64,000 bases of DNA from an uncultured Actinomycetota bacterium. GTDB lineage: Bacteria > Actinomycetota > Thermoleophilia > Gaiellales > Gaiellaceae. The notes below the pieces were generated by a model. The model was given only the letters and a program-made list of their open reading frames with translations. It did no database searches and was not told where the DNA came from. Positions 9,968-20,233 of this stretch are shown here, one piece after another. The stretch covers positions 11,332-75,331 of the forward strand of contig OY969809.1 of the NCBI GenBank assembly GCA_963703255.1. The letters are read 5' to 3'. Made by a program: the position numbers and the translations under genes. The stretch's first letter is position 1; every line of letters starts with the position of its first letter.

Positions 9968-10166
9968 GCGCCTCGGGCCCGGCTTCCGGACCGGACGCCG
10001 GCGACCCCGGCTGCTACCGTGTTTCCTGTGTCCGCCGTTCGGCGGCCGTGAGATCTAGCTTCTCGTTCCTCCTTTGCGGGCGTTTCGAGGGTCTTTCATC
10101 TCGCCCCGTGGTCGACAGGAACCACCTGCTCTACGGGTAACACCTGTGCAACGGAAGGAGTAGAAG

Positions 10167-11354
10167 TTGTTTCAATCGTTTGAGGCGCTCGGAGTGAGCG
10201 CACCAGTGGTGAGCGCGCTCGCAAAACGGGGCATCGAGTCCCCCTACGCGATCCAGAGCCGCGTGCTCCCGGACGGGCTCGCCGGAGTCGACCTGCTCGC
10301 CGCGTCACCGACCGGCTCCGGAAAGACGCTCGCCTACGGGATCCCGCTCGTCGAGCGGATCGCAGGCACGAACGCCCATCCGGGCGGGCTCGTGCTCGTC
10401 CCGACCAGGGAGCTCGCCACGCAGGTCATGCGCGAGCTCGAGCCGATTGCGGCCGCGAGGAAGCTCCGGATCGCCGCTGTCTACGGCGGCACCTCCGTGG
10501 GCGGCCAGGCGGCGAAGGCACGTGGCGCCGAGATCCTCATCGCCACCCCGGGTCGTCTGCAGGATCTGATGGAGCGCCGGGCCGTCTCCCTCTCCGGTGT
10601 TCGCGTGCTCGTGCTGGACGAGGCCGACCGGATGCTCGACATGGGCTTCCGGCCCCAGGTCGACCGGATCCTCGCCGCGGTGCCGCGCAACCGGCAGACG
10701 CTCCTCTTCTCGGCCACCCTCGACGGGTCGGTCGCCGACCTCGCGCGGGCCTACACCACGAATGCCGTCCGGGTCCAGGCCGAAGCCGAGTCGAAGGCTG
10801 CCGACGGCGAGATCGACCACGAGTTCCACCCGGTGACCGCCGACAACAAGCTCGCGAGCCTCGCCGACCATCTGCGGCGCGAACGGGGGCTCGCCCTCGT
10901 CTTCGTCCGCACCAAGCACGGTGCCGACAAGCTCGCACGCCGGCTCTCGCGCGACCACGGGATGAACGCGGCGGTGATGCACGGGAACATGTCGCAGAAC
11001 GCGCGCGAGCGCTCGCTTGCCCAGTTCGAGTCCGGACGGGTGACGACGCTCATCGCCACGGACGTCGCGGCCCGCGGGCTCGACATCGACGACATCACCC
11101 ACGTGATCAACTTCGATCCGCCTCGCACCGAGGACGACTACGTCCACCGTGTCGGCCGTACAGGCCGCTCGGGGCGCTCCGGGACCGGGCTCACGCTCGT
11201 GCTTCCGGACGAGCGTCACGACGTCGGCCGGATCGCTGCCAAGCTCGGCCACCATGCCGCATTCGAGGGCTCTGGCATGAAGGTGACGCCGCCACCAGCG
11301 CCGGCGCGCTCGTCGCGCCGCCGCCGCCGGCCGAGAGCAGGGGGGCCGCGGTGA
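10167..11354 (+). CDS. DEAD-box ATP-dependent RNA helicase
   Basis: ORF 10167..11354. Q motif, SPTGSGKT, VLDEAD, SAT and HRVGRTGR motifs. TTG start follows GGAAGGAG. Confidence 0.9.
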   Translation: MFQSFEALGVSAPVVSALAKRGIESPYAIQSRVLPDGLAGVDLLAASPTGSGKTLAYGIPLVERIAGTNAHPGGLVLVPTRELATQVMRELEPIAAARKLRIAAVYGGTSVGGQAAKARGAEILIATPGRLQDLMERRAVSLSGVRVLVLDEADRMLDMGFRPQVDRILAAVPRNRQTLLFSATLDGSVADLARAYTTNAVRVQAEAESKAADGEIDHEFHPVTADNKLASLADHLRRERGLALVFVRTKHGADKLARRLSRDHGMNAAVMHGNMSQNARERSLAQFESGRVTTLIATDVAARGLDIDDITHVINFDPPRTEDDYVHRVGRTGRSGRSGTGLTLVLPDERHDVGRIAAKLGHHAAFEGSGMKVTPPPAPARSSRRRRRPRAGGPR

Positions 11355-11653
11355 GCTCCAAGCGAAGCCCGCAGACGGCCGCCAAGCGCGCTCGAGAGGA
11401 GGCTCTCCGCGAGAAGCGCGAGCGCAAGGCGCTGAAGAAGCAGGCGGTGGCCCTGGCCAAGCTCGAGCCGGAGAGCGTCGAGGTCGATCCCGACGCGATC
11501 TCCGAGGATGACGCGCTCGACGGGGAGCAGCGTCCCGCCGCGGAGCCGGCCGGGGAAGACGGTCTCGCAGAAGAAGACCGTGGCGCAGAAGAAGACCGTG
11601 GCGAAACCGGCGGGGGCGCTCCGGTCCAGCCCGGTGCCTCCTCTCCCGGCTGA
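11351..11653 (+). CDS. small highly charged protein (100 aa)
   Basis: ORF 11351..11653. GTG overlaps the helicase stop (GTGA). Basic N-terminal half, acidic C-terminal half containing the duplicated AEEDRG. Confidence 0.45.
   Translation: MSSKRSPQTAAKRAREEALREKRERKALKKQAVALAKLEPESVEVDPDAISEDDALDGEQRPAAEPAGEDGLAEEDRGAEEDRGETGGGAPVQPGASSPG
11567..11602 (+). repeat. perfect 18-bp tandem duplication (GCAGAAGAAGACCGTGGC x2)
   Basis: Read directly from the sequence. It encodes AEEDRG twice inside ORF 11351..11653. Confidence 0.9.
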
Positions 11654-11707
11654 GTCGAGACGCTCCCGTAGGCGCGGTGGTCTGCCGCCTTCCGCCATCC
11701 TTTCGGG

Positions 11708-12349
11708 ATGCCGCGTAGGAACCGCGTCACGCCGCTCGGGGAGCTGATCGCCGACCCGGCACGCGGCCTCGTGTACGGCAACCGAGGCTGCCTCCACGAC
11801 GCCGGCGGCGAGATCCGCCGCGCCTGGAACGGGAAGCGCTGGATCGCCTGCCGCCTCGAGTTCCGCGGGTGGCAGCGAGGGCCGCTCATGCAGCCGGGCC
11901 GGTTCACCGAGCTCTTCTTCCTCGACGAGGCGACCGCGCTTGCCGCCGGGCATCGCCCGTGCGCGCTTTGCCGGCGCGACGACTACCTCCGGCTGCTCGA
12001 GATCTGGCACATACGCGATCCCGATCAGGCCAGGGCCGATGCCGTCGATGCCCGTCTTCAGGTCGAGCGCCTCGTACCAGGGACGCGGGCGAGGCGCTAT
12101 CACGAGGCCCCATACGACGAGCTCCCGGACGGCGCGTTCGTCCTTCGCGAGGGCCTGCCGCAGCTCGTGCTCGGTGAGTGGCTTCTCGCCTGGACGCCAG
12201 GTGGGTACGGAGGCGCGGTGGCACGACCTGGAGGCGAGGGAGCCGTGGTGATCACGCCGCCCTCGCTCGTCGCCGTTCTCCGTGCCGGCTGGGAGTCGGC
12301 GCTGCCGCTCGTCCACCCGAGCGCCCAGGCCGTTCTCGACGCGGTCTAG
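11708..12349 (+). CDS. conserved hypothetical protein
   Basis: ORF 11708..12349 with protein-like composition and Cys/His-containing N-terminal half (GCLHD...CRLEF...HRPCALCRR). No family name recognised. Confidence 0.7.
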   Translation: MPRRNRVTPLGELIADPARGLVYGNRGCLHDAGGEIRRAWNGKRWIACRLEFRGWQRGPLMQPGRFTELFFLDEATALAAGHRPCALCRRDDYLRLLEIWHIRDPDQARADAVDARLQVERLVPGTRARRYHEAPYDELPDGAFVLREGLPQLVLGEWLLAWTPGGYGGAVARPGGEGAVVITPPSLVAVLRAGWESALPLVHPSAQAVLDAV

Positions 12350-12447
12350 CAGCCCCGAACGGCGGCGCTGCTCTCGCCGGAACGGCCGCCTACCTCGAAT
12401 GTTCGAGCTTGAGGACGGTGAGGCTGCCAACCGGGTTGCCTGCGACG

Positions 12448-14271
12448 ATGCGGTCGATGCCGCCGGAGCTCGAGAGACGTCACGGTCCTCGAGCGGAACT
12501 ATCGCCGCGCGGCTCGACGCTCCTGCTCGGGGGAGCGATCGGGCTGTCCGTCCTGGTCTACGGATTCGCGTCCGGCGGTTCGCACGGCATCTGGATCCTC
12601 CCGGACGAGCTGACCTCGGGCCTGCTCGCTCGAAGCTTGGCGACCACCGGCCACTTCGCGCTTCGCGGCGTGAATACGCTTGCCTATCCCATCGGGTACC
12701 CAGCGCTGATCGCGACCGCATTCGTCGGCCGCGGGCCCGTGGCCGCCTACGACGCAGGCAAGTGGCTGAACGCATTCCTGATGTCGCTGTCGGCACTTCC
12801 TGTGTTCCTGATCGGACGCCGTCTGCTTTCCCGCCGCCTAGCCCTGGCAGCCGCCGTCCTGACGCTGCTCATCCCGTCGATGGCCTACACGCGCGTCCTG
12901 ATGACCGAGAACGCGTTCTTCCCGCTCTTCCTCCTCGCAATGCTGGCGTTCATCAGGGCGCTGGAGCGGCCGACGTTCGCGCGCCAGCTCGTCGCCCTGG
13001 CCACGATCGTTCCCGCGACGGCGGTCCGCTCCGAAGGGCTCGTGCTCCTTCCGGCCTTCGTGATCGCGATGGTCCTCCAGGCACTGGGCGCCGCCGAACG
13101 GGTCCGGGGACGCTACGGCCGGGCGCTGGCCACGGAGCTATGGCGGTTCCGGACGGCGCTCGTCGTGCTTCCGGCGCTATTCCTCGCGGCGGTCCTGGCA
13201 GAGCTGGCGGTCGGGAAGAAGCCGACGGCTCTGCTCGGCCGTTATGCGAACGCCCTGAAGGGCTACCCGCTCGCGCGGACGCTGAAGTGGGCGGTCTACG
13301 AGACGGTCGATCTGGAGCTCTACCTCGCGATCGTCCCGTTCGTCCCGGCGCTCGTGATGGCGGCGGCGCTGCTGGCGGGCCGGCGAACGCCCAGGCAAGA
13401 GCGCGCCGTCGCCGCCGCGGCCGTGCCGACGACCGCGCTCCTCCTGTTGGCTGCGGCGGCCGAGTCGCAGGGTAACCAGGGAGGAGGACGCTACGACTAC
13501 ATCCTGAGCCCGCCCGAGGTGCACGACCGGTACTGCTTCTTCGTCGCTCCTCTCTTCTTCGTCCTCTTCCTGGCCTGGCTCGCTCGCCGCGGGAACTTCT
13601 CGAACCGGGTGCTGGTGCCGCTCGCTCTCGCCGCCTCGGCCCTGCCGCTCACCCTGCCGTACGCGCACGTGCACTCGAACGCAGACTTCGACGCACTCGC
13701 GCTGCTTCCGTGGAGCAACGGGCACATCGCCGGGCGGAACGTCCACTACGCGATGGCCGTGACGGCACTGATCCTCTGCGCCCTCCTCGTCCCGAGGCGA
13801 AAGTCGGTGGTGCTGCTGCAGGTCTGCCTCATGGTGCTCGGGCTGGTGATCATGGACGTCGTCGCCGAGAACGAGGTTGCGCGTGCCTCCACGCACCTGC
13901 CGAGCAGCCGGGTGCACGACCGCGGCTGGATCGATCGATCGGTGCCACCCGGCTCGCGGGTCGCCGCCGTATGGGTAGGCGAGCCGGAGTGGCCTGCCCG
14001 CAAGATCGTGGATCGGGAGGAGGCGCTCTGGCGCGCGGAATTCTTCAACCGATCGGTCAGCAGGTTCTTCTACGTCGACAGAGCCATGTACTTCGACCTA
14101 CCCGAGACGGCTGCGTCGCTCGCTCACGGGCGGCTTGTCGCGCCCGGCGAGTCGACGCGCGGCTACCGCTTTCTCCTCGTCGCCTCGCCCGTTCGGGTGG
14201 ACGGCATCGTGATCGCACGAGACCGCCGGGCCGGCTTGACGCTCTACCGTGTCGCACGCGCGTCGCCGTAA
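12448..14271 (+). CDS. polytopic membrane glycosyltransferase (PMT/ArnT, GT39/GT83-like)
   Basis: ORF 12178..14271. Protein-like from ATG 12448. About 12 hydrophobic helices followed by a soluble C-terminal domain, which is the typical PMT_2/ArnT-like architecture. Confidence 0.7.
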   Translation: MRSMPPELERRHGPRAELSPRGSTLLLGGAIGLSVLVYGFASGGSHGIWILPDELTSGLLARSLATTGHFALRGVNTLAYPIGYPALIATAFVGRGPVAAYDAGKWLNAFLMSLSALPVFLIGRRLLSRRLALAAAVLTLLIPSMAYTRVLMTENAFFPLFLLAMLAFIRALERPTFARQLVALATIVPATAVRSEGLVLLPAFVIAMVLQALGAAERVRGRYGRALATELWRFRTALVVLPALFLAAVLAELAVGKKPTALLGRYANALKGYPLARTLKWAVYETVDLELYLAIVPFVPALVMAAALLAGRRTPRQERAVAAAAVPTTALLLLAAAAESQGNQGGGRYDYILSPPEVHDRYCFFVAPLFFVLFLAWLARRGNFSNRVLVPLALAASALPLTLPYAHVHSNADFDALALLPWSNGHIAGRNVHYAMAVTALILCALLVPRRKSVVLLQVCLMVLGLVIMDVVAENEVARASTHLPSSRVHDRGWIDRSVPPGSRVAAVWVGEPEWPARKIVDREEALWRAEFFNRSVSRFFYVDRAMYFDLPETAASLAHGRLVAPGESTRGYRFLLVASPVRVDGIVIARDRRAGLTLYRVARASP

Positions 14272-14471
14272 CAGCGGGTCGCGTCTTCGAGGACGTGGAG
14301 GCGTCAAGCATCGTCCGCGCCGAAGGGCGATAGTGCTAGCCCGGGCTGACTGAGCATGTAGAAGAGATCGAGTCCCAGCTCGGGACGGTCCAGAAAGGAC
14401 CGAACCGCCTGGTGCTGAACCTGCTCTCCGTGATCTCGACCCGTAGAGTCGATGCCCGCTCGACGTCACAG

Positions 14472-15716
14472 ATGTCTGCAGAGCCCAACCACGAAGCTCC
14501 GCCTCGCCCGCTGACCGGCGGTGCGGTCATGTCGGCTGTGAGTCGAATCTGGGCCACGCTCGCCGGAGGAGTTACGACGATCGTGCTCGCCCGCGTCCTC
14601 GGGCCACGCGACTGGGGTGGCTATTCGATCGCCATGTCGCTGCTCACGATCCTGGTGGCGGCGACGTTGCTCGGTGTCGACCAGGGCATCGCGTATTTCG
14701 TCGGTGCGCGAACGTGGGAGCCAAGAGCGGCCCTCGGGTCGGCACTCCGAATGGCGGCGATCGCTGGAACGCTTGGAGGTGCGGTTGGCCTCGCAGGGCG
14801 CGCTCTTGTCCCCTCGGCGTTCGCCGGTCTCCCGCTCTACCTAACAGCCGTGGCGGTGGCCTCGGTTCCATTTTCGCTGGCTCTTGCCTTTGCCTCCCGT
14901 ATCGCTCTCGCGACCGACCGCTACGAGGCATCGATGTCGATGCTGGCGGCGCAGGCCGGGCTTCTGCTCGTTACCTCGGTCCCGGCCGCCGTCTTGTTCG
15001 GCCGTGCCGGTGCGGTGTCCGCGCTGACATTGGCGACTGCGGTGTCGGCCGTCGGCGCGGTCATCTGGGCTTTGCGGCGGCTTCCGGCAGGCGGATCAAC
15101 CCAATCAGGCCAGGTGCGGCGTGCGATCTCGTTCGGGATCAAGGGCTACGGCGCCAATGCCCTCCAGCTCGTGAACTACCAGCTCGACCTGTTCGTCCTC
15201 GCTGCGGTCGCGCCGGCGGCTGCCGTCGGTCGCTACGCTCTCGCCGTCAGCGCGACGACGCTTCTCCTCGTCCTGCCGAGAGCGTTGTCGTCCGTCCTGT
15301 ATCCACGGGTCGCGCGGCTCAGTGCCAACGGTGACGAGACGACGCGAGACATGGTCGAGACAAAAAGCCTGCGACACGTGAGCCTGATCGTCGCGGTCAC
15401 GACGGTCGCCCTGGCCGCCGCGCTCGAGCTCCTCGTGGTGCCTGTATTCGGCGCGGATTACAGGCCGGCAATCAATCTCGGCTTGATCCTGTTGCCGGGA
15501 GCCGCCGCGATCGGAATCTCGACCGTCCTCGCGGCAACCGTAGTGGGACGCGGACATCCCACGTACTCGCTCTATGGAGCGCTCATCACGACACCGCTCA
15601 CGATCGCGATGTACGCGACGATGATCCCGTGGCTGCATGCCACCGGCGCTGCGCTAGCCTCGACCCTGTCGTATCGTCGCAGGTTCGGCTCATCTGCTGG
15701 TTTTACCGGCGAGTGA
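14472..15716 (+). CDS. MOP-superfamily polysaccharide flippase (Wzx-like)
   Basis: ORF 14412..15716, ATG at 14472, multi-TM. The C-terminus may be frame-shifted near 15665: the -1 frame continues with LICWFYRRVTE, a typical flippase ending. Confidence 0.75.
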   Translation: MSAEPNHEAPPRPLTGGAVMSAVSRIWATLAGGVTTIVLARVLGPRDWGGYSIAMSLLTILVAATLLGVDQGIAYFVGARTWEPRAALGSALRMAAIAGTLGGAVGLAGRALVPSAFAGLPLYLTAVAVASVPFSLALAFASRIALATDRYEASMSMLAAQAGLLLVTSVPAAVLFGRAGAVSALTLATAVSAVGAVIWALRRLPAGGSTQSGQVRRAISFGIKGYGANALQLVNYQLDLFVLAAVAPAAAVGRYALAVSATTLLLVLPRALSSVLYPRVARLSANGDETTRDMVETKSLRHVSLIVAVTTVALAAALELLVVPVFGADYRPAINLGLILLPGAAAIGISTVLAATVVGRGHPTYSLYGALITTPLTIAMYATMIPWLHATGAALASTLSYRRRFGSSAGFTGE

Positions 15717-15847
15717 CCGAGCGAAGGTGCGCCACTGCTCGTCCCCAGCGCGTTCGGAACTGGACGACCTGCGAGCTGTTCCGGTCGGTGCTGACGCGGG
15801 CGCTCCCTCGGTGCGACATGGAGACGCTCGCTCAAGTCCTGGCGCCT

Positions 15848-17050
15848 TTCACATCCTGCTGATCCCAGCGTATTACCCGGTGCCCGAGAACCCGCGCAGG
15901 GACGAGGTAATGGCGTGGCCAAGCGGCATGAGACCCGAGGCGATCTCGCTGCGGAGGGGCCGCAGTCACGGTGCCTCGCACCACCAAGCGTCGCGTCGCC
16001 CGCTGACGAGAGTCGATCGAAGACGGGATCTCGGACGATCCGCCGTGCATCGTCGAACCGCCATTGGCGGTCAACCGGACGCGTGGAGCACGATTCATGA
16101 GGCATCTTCTCGCTCAATGCGGCCGCTGCGCCGCGCCGTCGCCGCGAAGGAACGCCCGTCGACGTCCTGCACGCGCACTACCTCTCCCGGATGACTTCGC
16201 GGCCGCTCGCTTCCTTCGAGTGAGCGTGCCTACCGGTTCGTCACTGAGTCAGTCCGAGGGAACGACGGGATCTTGCTCGCCCGGCTGGACGGCGGCGCGC
16301 CCGTTGCTCGTACAGTACGCGCGCACAAGCTGCCTGTGACGCAACATCGCCGTGTCGGAGCCGACGCCGTCGGGAACCAGGGTCGCGAAGAAGCTCGGTG
16401 CCCGACGCGGAGGACATTCGACGTCGATTCCGGGCGGCGTGCCGTATCCCAAACTCGGAGCGTCGCTCAGGCGTCAGCGCGGCGGCTTCAACGGGATTCC
16501 CGAGGAAGGCACGTGAGCTTATCTGGGTCGAAGTAGTTACGTGGCGGTGAAGCGGCCGATCGATGTCGTCCCGCGCTCTTCGGTGGCTCGACAGCGGTGC
16601 AGGTGGAGGCAGCAAACGGCTGCGTCGATGATCGGAGACGGGCCTCGGTGCGGGGCCATCGAGGAACTTGGTCCAGCGGACTGGGCCTCGACGATGCGGT
16701 GCAGCTCGTCGGCCACATCCCACGAGAGGAAGTCTGGACCTGGCACTGCGCAGCCGGCCTCCTTGTCGAGAGACCAGCCGTTCGGAAGGAAGTCCGATGG
16801 CTGTCATCGAGGCTCACGGCGCGGGAACGCCGGTAGCCGCATACCCTCTACCCGGTGTCCGCGCCGTGGTCGAGACCGTCGACGGGCGCGAACGATCGCC
16901 CCGGGATCTGTTCCGGGATGATCTCGCCGCGGCGATCGGCGCAGGAACTTTCGGTGGCTCGACGACCGGGATCCCTTAGCCGCCAGAGGCGCGTCGACGT
17001 TTCGACATCGCTCGCGCATCAGACGGCGATCGAAGATGTCGTACGCAGCC
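15848..17050 (+). pseudogene. GT4 glycosyltransferase remnant, shattered over all three frames
   Basis: GT4-like fragments lie colinear but in different frames: HILLIPAYYPVPENP (15850-15894), VDVLHAHY (16158-16181), PDDFAAARFL, IAVSEP..KKLGA..IPGGV..GIPEEGT then TGA (16346-16516), MIGDGP (16628), GLGLDDAVQLVGHIPREEVW (~16680-16740), VIEAHGAGTPVAAYPLPGVRAVVETVDG (~16803-16890). Confidence 0.7.
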
Positions 17051-17117
17051 CTGGTGTAGCCCAGCGGCCGAGCCAGCGATCGACGAGCCTCTGATGCGGG
17101 GCTAGGATCGCCCGACG

Positions 17118-17819
17118 ATGACGGGGCCGGACTTCTACGACGAGTTCGTTGACAAGGAGCTGACCTAACTGCGCCACCCGAACCGGCGGCATCGGCGGGT
17201 ACGTGAGCACCTCAAGCCTCTCCTCGAGCGAAACCCCGCGAGGGCCCTCGATGTCGGTTGCGGCATCGGCTTGCTGTCTGCATGACTTGCGACGCGCGTC
17301 CCTCACGTTGTTGGGGTCGACGTGTCGCCTCGCAGCATCGAGGTCTGCCGGCAGCTTCACCCCAACGGCGACTTCCGCGTCTGCGCCCTCCCGGACGAAT
17401 CTCTCCCCGAAGGCCCGTTCGACCTGATCACGTTCGTCGACGTCCTCGAGCATCTACCGCGGAATCAGTTGAGGCTCGTCTTCGAGCGCGTGGGTGAGGT
17501 GGCAGCGGGAGACGGCGTGGTCGCGATCAACATCCCGTCTCGGCTGTTCGCTCAGAGAGAGGATGTCGAGCGGCAGATCATCGACGAGGCCGTACCGGTC
17601 GACGAGATCGTCGCCGCCGCCGCGACGATTGGGATGGAGCCGCTAACAGTCGCTCGCTACGGCGTCGCGAATGCGAACCAGTACGTCTTCTGCGCCTTCT
17701 GGCGCTCGTACGACGTGGAGACACCGCTAAGAAACAGCGTCGGCGACTGGCTCTGCGACCACGCGTGGTACGCACAGCGACGCCTTCGTTCAAGGCTCTC
17801 CACCGCTCAGATCAGATAG
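17118..17819 (+). pseudogene. class I SAM-dependent methyltransferase with two in-frame stop codons
   Basis: A single frame from ATG 17118 reads MTGPDFYDEFVDKELT-TAA(17166)-LRHPN...ALDVGCGIGLLSA-TGA(17283)-LATRVPHVVGVDVSP... and continues into ORF 17322..17819. SAM motif I (VGCGIG) lies between the two stops. Confidence 0.75.
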
Positions 17820-17874
17820 GCGCGTCCTTCGACTCGAGGTATCCGTCGAGAGGCCGGCTCGACCGGGCGCTAGT

Positions 17875-19011
17875 GTGGCGGCTCTGGCGACCGTGTTGGT
17901 GATCTCGTTCAGCGACCTTGCGTCCGATCCCAGGGTCGACCGGCAGATCGCCGCCTTGCTCACGCGGCACCGTGTCATTGCGGCCGGGCTGGCGCCGTCT
18001 CGGCACGCCGGCGTCGAGTTCGTTGACCTCACGACCCCGCCGCTCGGGGTCATTCACGGAGGGATCGGCGTAGCCCGTCTTCTGGCGCGACGATCCGAGG
18101 CCGCGTACTGGCGGCATCCGAAGTACAGCGCTGCCTACCAACGAGTCGCCGATGTGCAGGCCGACGTTGTGGTCGCCAACGACGTCGCCGCCCTGCCGAT
18201 CGCCGCGCGCATCGGTCCGCCGGTGGTGCTCGATGCGCACGAGTACGCACCCGAGCAGTTCAGCAACCAGTGGTGGTGGCGGCAGCTCGTCGCGCCGTAC
18301 GTCCGTTGGCAATGCGGCCGCTACATCCCAGAGGTGGCGGCGATGACGACCGTCAGTCAGGGGATTGCGGACGTCTACGAACGCGAGTTCGGAGCTCGCG
18401 CGACCGTGGTGACGAACGCGCCGCCGTTCGCGGATCTCGAGCCGAGCCCGGTGGGTGATCCCGTGCGCATTCTCCATCATGGCGCTGCGACACGTGGTCG
18501 GGGACTCGAGCAGATGCTTCGCGTTGCGGAGCTGCTGGACGAGCGGTTTACGCTCGACCTGGTTCTCGTCGAGGCGACGCCCGGCTTCCGCGATCGTCTG
18601 ATTCGGCAGGCGCGCGGGAATCCGAAGGTGCGCTTTCCGTCGCCGGTACCGATGCAAGAGTTGGTATCGATGGCCAACGGCTACGACGTCGGTCTCTTCT
18701 TGCTTCCGCCGATCAGCCTCCATCGAAGGTACGCGCTGCCGAACAAGCTCTTCGAGTTCATCCAGGGCCGGCTGGCGGTCGCGATCGGGCCCTCCCCGGA
18801 GATGGCGGCGGTCGTGCGCCGGTACGGCTGCGGAGTGGTCGCGTCAAGCTTCCGGCCCGAGGCGATGGCCGAGGAGCTCAACGCATTGGATGCCGCCGCG
18901 ATCGCCGAGTTCAAGCACGCATCGCACCTCGCAGCTCGCGAGCTGTGCGCGGAGCGAAACGTCGGCCTCATCCTGGACGCCGTGGACGTCGCGCTTCGGA
19001 GCGCACGCTGA
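17875..19011 (+). CDS. glycosyltransferase (GT-B fold, GT4-like)
   Basis: ORF 17875..19011, GTG start. The C-terminal half has a GT1/GT4 pattern (ILHHGA...GLE...ALPNKLFEFIQGRLAV). Confidence 0.8.
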   Translation: MAALATVLVISFSDLASDPRVDRQIAALLTRHRVIAAGLAPSRHAGVEFVDLTTPPLGVIHGGIGVARLLARRSEAAYWRHPKYSAAYQRVADVQADVVVANDVAALPIAARIGPPVVLDAHEYAPEQFSNQWWWRQLVAPYVRWQCGRYIPEVAAMTTVSQGIADVYEREFGARATVVTNAPPFADLEPSPVGDPVRILHHGAATRGRGLEQMLRVAELLDERFTLDLVLVEATPGFRDRLIRQARGNPKVRFPSPVPMQELVSMANGYDVGLFLLPPISLHRRYALPNKLFEFIQGRLAVAIGPSPEMAAVVRRYGCGVVASSFRPEAMAEELNALDAAAIAEFKHASHLAARELCAERNVGLILDAVDVALRSAR

Positions 19012-20205
19012 TGGGCGTCAGCCGGCGGCTACTCGTCGTCGTCTACGACTATCCGCCGTCGCCGTCGATCGGAGCTGTGCGGTGGTGGACGATGACGAAG
19101 TATCTGGCCGAGCTGGGTCACTCCGCCACGGTCATCACCAGCGACTCCTTCGGAGCGCCGACGAGCCCCGATCCGGTTCGAGTCCTGCGGCCCCGGAGCC
19201 TCGCGACGTCATGGCCGTTCAGCCGCATGGCTCGTCAACCCAACCCGCGGGTCAGCTGGGCGCCTTTCGCCTTTCGTGAAGCCAGACGTCTTCTTCGCGA
19301 GGAGAGCTTCGACTGCGTGATCACGACATCACCTCCGGAGTCGGCGCATCTCGTGGGTCTCATGCTCGGCCGTCGCCGGCCATCATGGGTCGCGGACTTT
19401 CGAGACGGCTGGTGCTTCGAGCCGTACACCGTCCGCTTCCGCACGGGAGCGCAGGGCGCTCTCGACTGCTGGCTCGAGCGCAGGGTCGCTCTCGCAGCCG
19501 AGGTCGCGGTGGGTGCGACACCGCCGATCGCAGACGATCTGGCGCAGCGTCTTGGCGCACGTGCACGCTGGATACCGAACGGCTGGGACCTGGGCTGCGG
19601 CTGCGGCGGCAGGCGGACCGGCGTCGCCGATGCCGGCCGGGGTCGGTCTCACGCTCGTCTACACCGGGCGCATGTCCGGCATCAGGGGCAAGACGCCGGA
19701 GGCGCTGTTTCGGGCGTTGAAGCTGCTCGAGTCGGAGGGACCGGTCTCTCGTTTCCGATTCGTCCACGCCGGCCCCCTCACAGCCGAGGATCGGAGCCTG
19801 ATCGATAGCACCGGCGTCTCCGAGCTCGTCGAGCCGCTTGGCTTGCTCGACAGAGCGAGTGCTCTCGCGCTCCAGCGCTCAGCAGACGTTCTCGTGCTGA
19901 CCACCTCTCGACACTCCTCAGAGGCAACCGGGAAGCTCTTCGAGTATCTCGCCGCGGGTCGCCCTATCCTCGCGTTGGCGGAAGGCAACGAGGCGGAACG
20001 GATAGTCCGGGAGACGCGCACGGGGGTCGTGGTGCCTCCTGACGACGTCGACGCGATCGCCGACGCCTTGCACAGGGCAGCTGCAGGCGAGCTCGAACGC
20101 AACTTTGCTCCGTGCGGTCTCGAGCGGTATTCGTATCCGGGCCTGGCCGAGGAGGCAGCCGAGGTGATCGAGCAGGCGATCGCCGTCCGCGCGTCGAACT
20201 GGTAG
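19011..20205 (+). pseudogene. GT4 glycosyltransferase, one frame break as sequenced
   Basis: ORF 18945..19808 (ATG 19011 overlapping the upstream stop) carries the N-terminal half up to IPNGWD. ORF 19513..20205 carries LTLVYTGRMSG...KLFEYLAAGRPILA. There is a +1 shift somewhere in ~19585-19635. Confidence 0.75.
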
Positions 20206-20233
20206 CGACTGCCGTCTGGGGAGAAGCATCAGG

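Noticed and set aside
9968-10166. 200-nt leader of the DEAD-box helicase as a riboswitch or cold-responsive element.
   Set aside because: I could see only a short CCGCC/GGCGG hairpin. There is no recognisable riboswitch core and no extended conserved-looking structure.
17166-17285. Stop-codon recoding (selenocysteine or readthrough) as an explanation for the TAA and TGA in the methyltransferase.
   Set aside because: Two different stop codons are involved, there is no SECIS-like hairpin directly downstream of the TGA, and methyltransferases have no known selenoprotein members. The neighbouring genes are also decayed.
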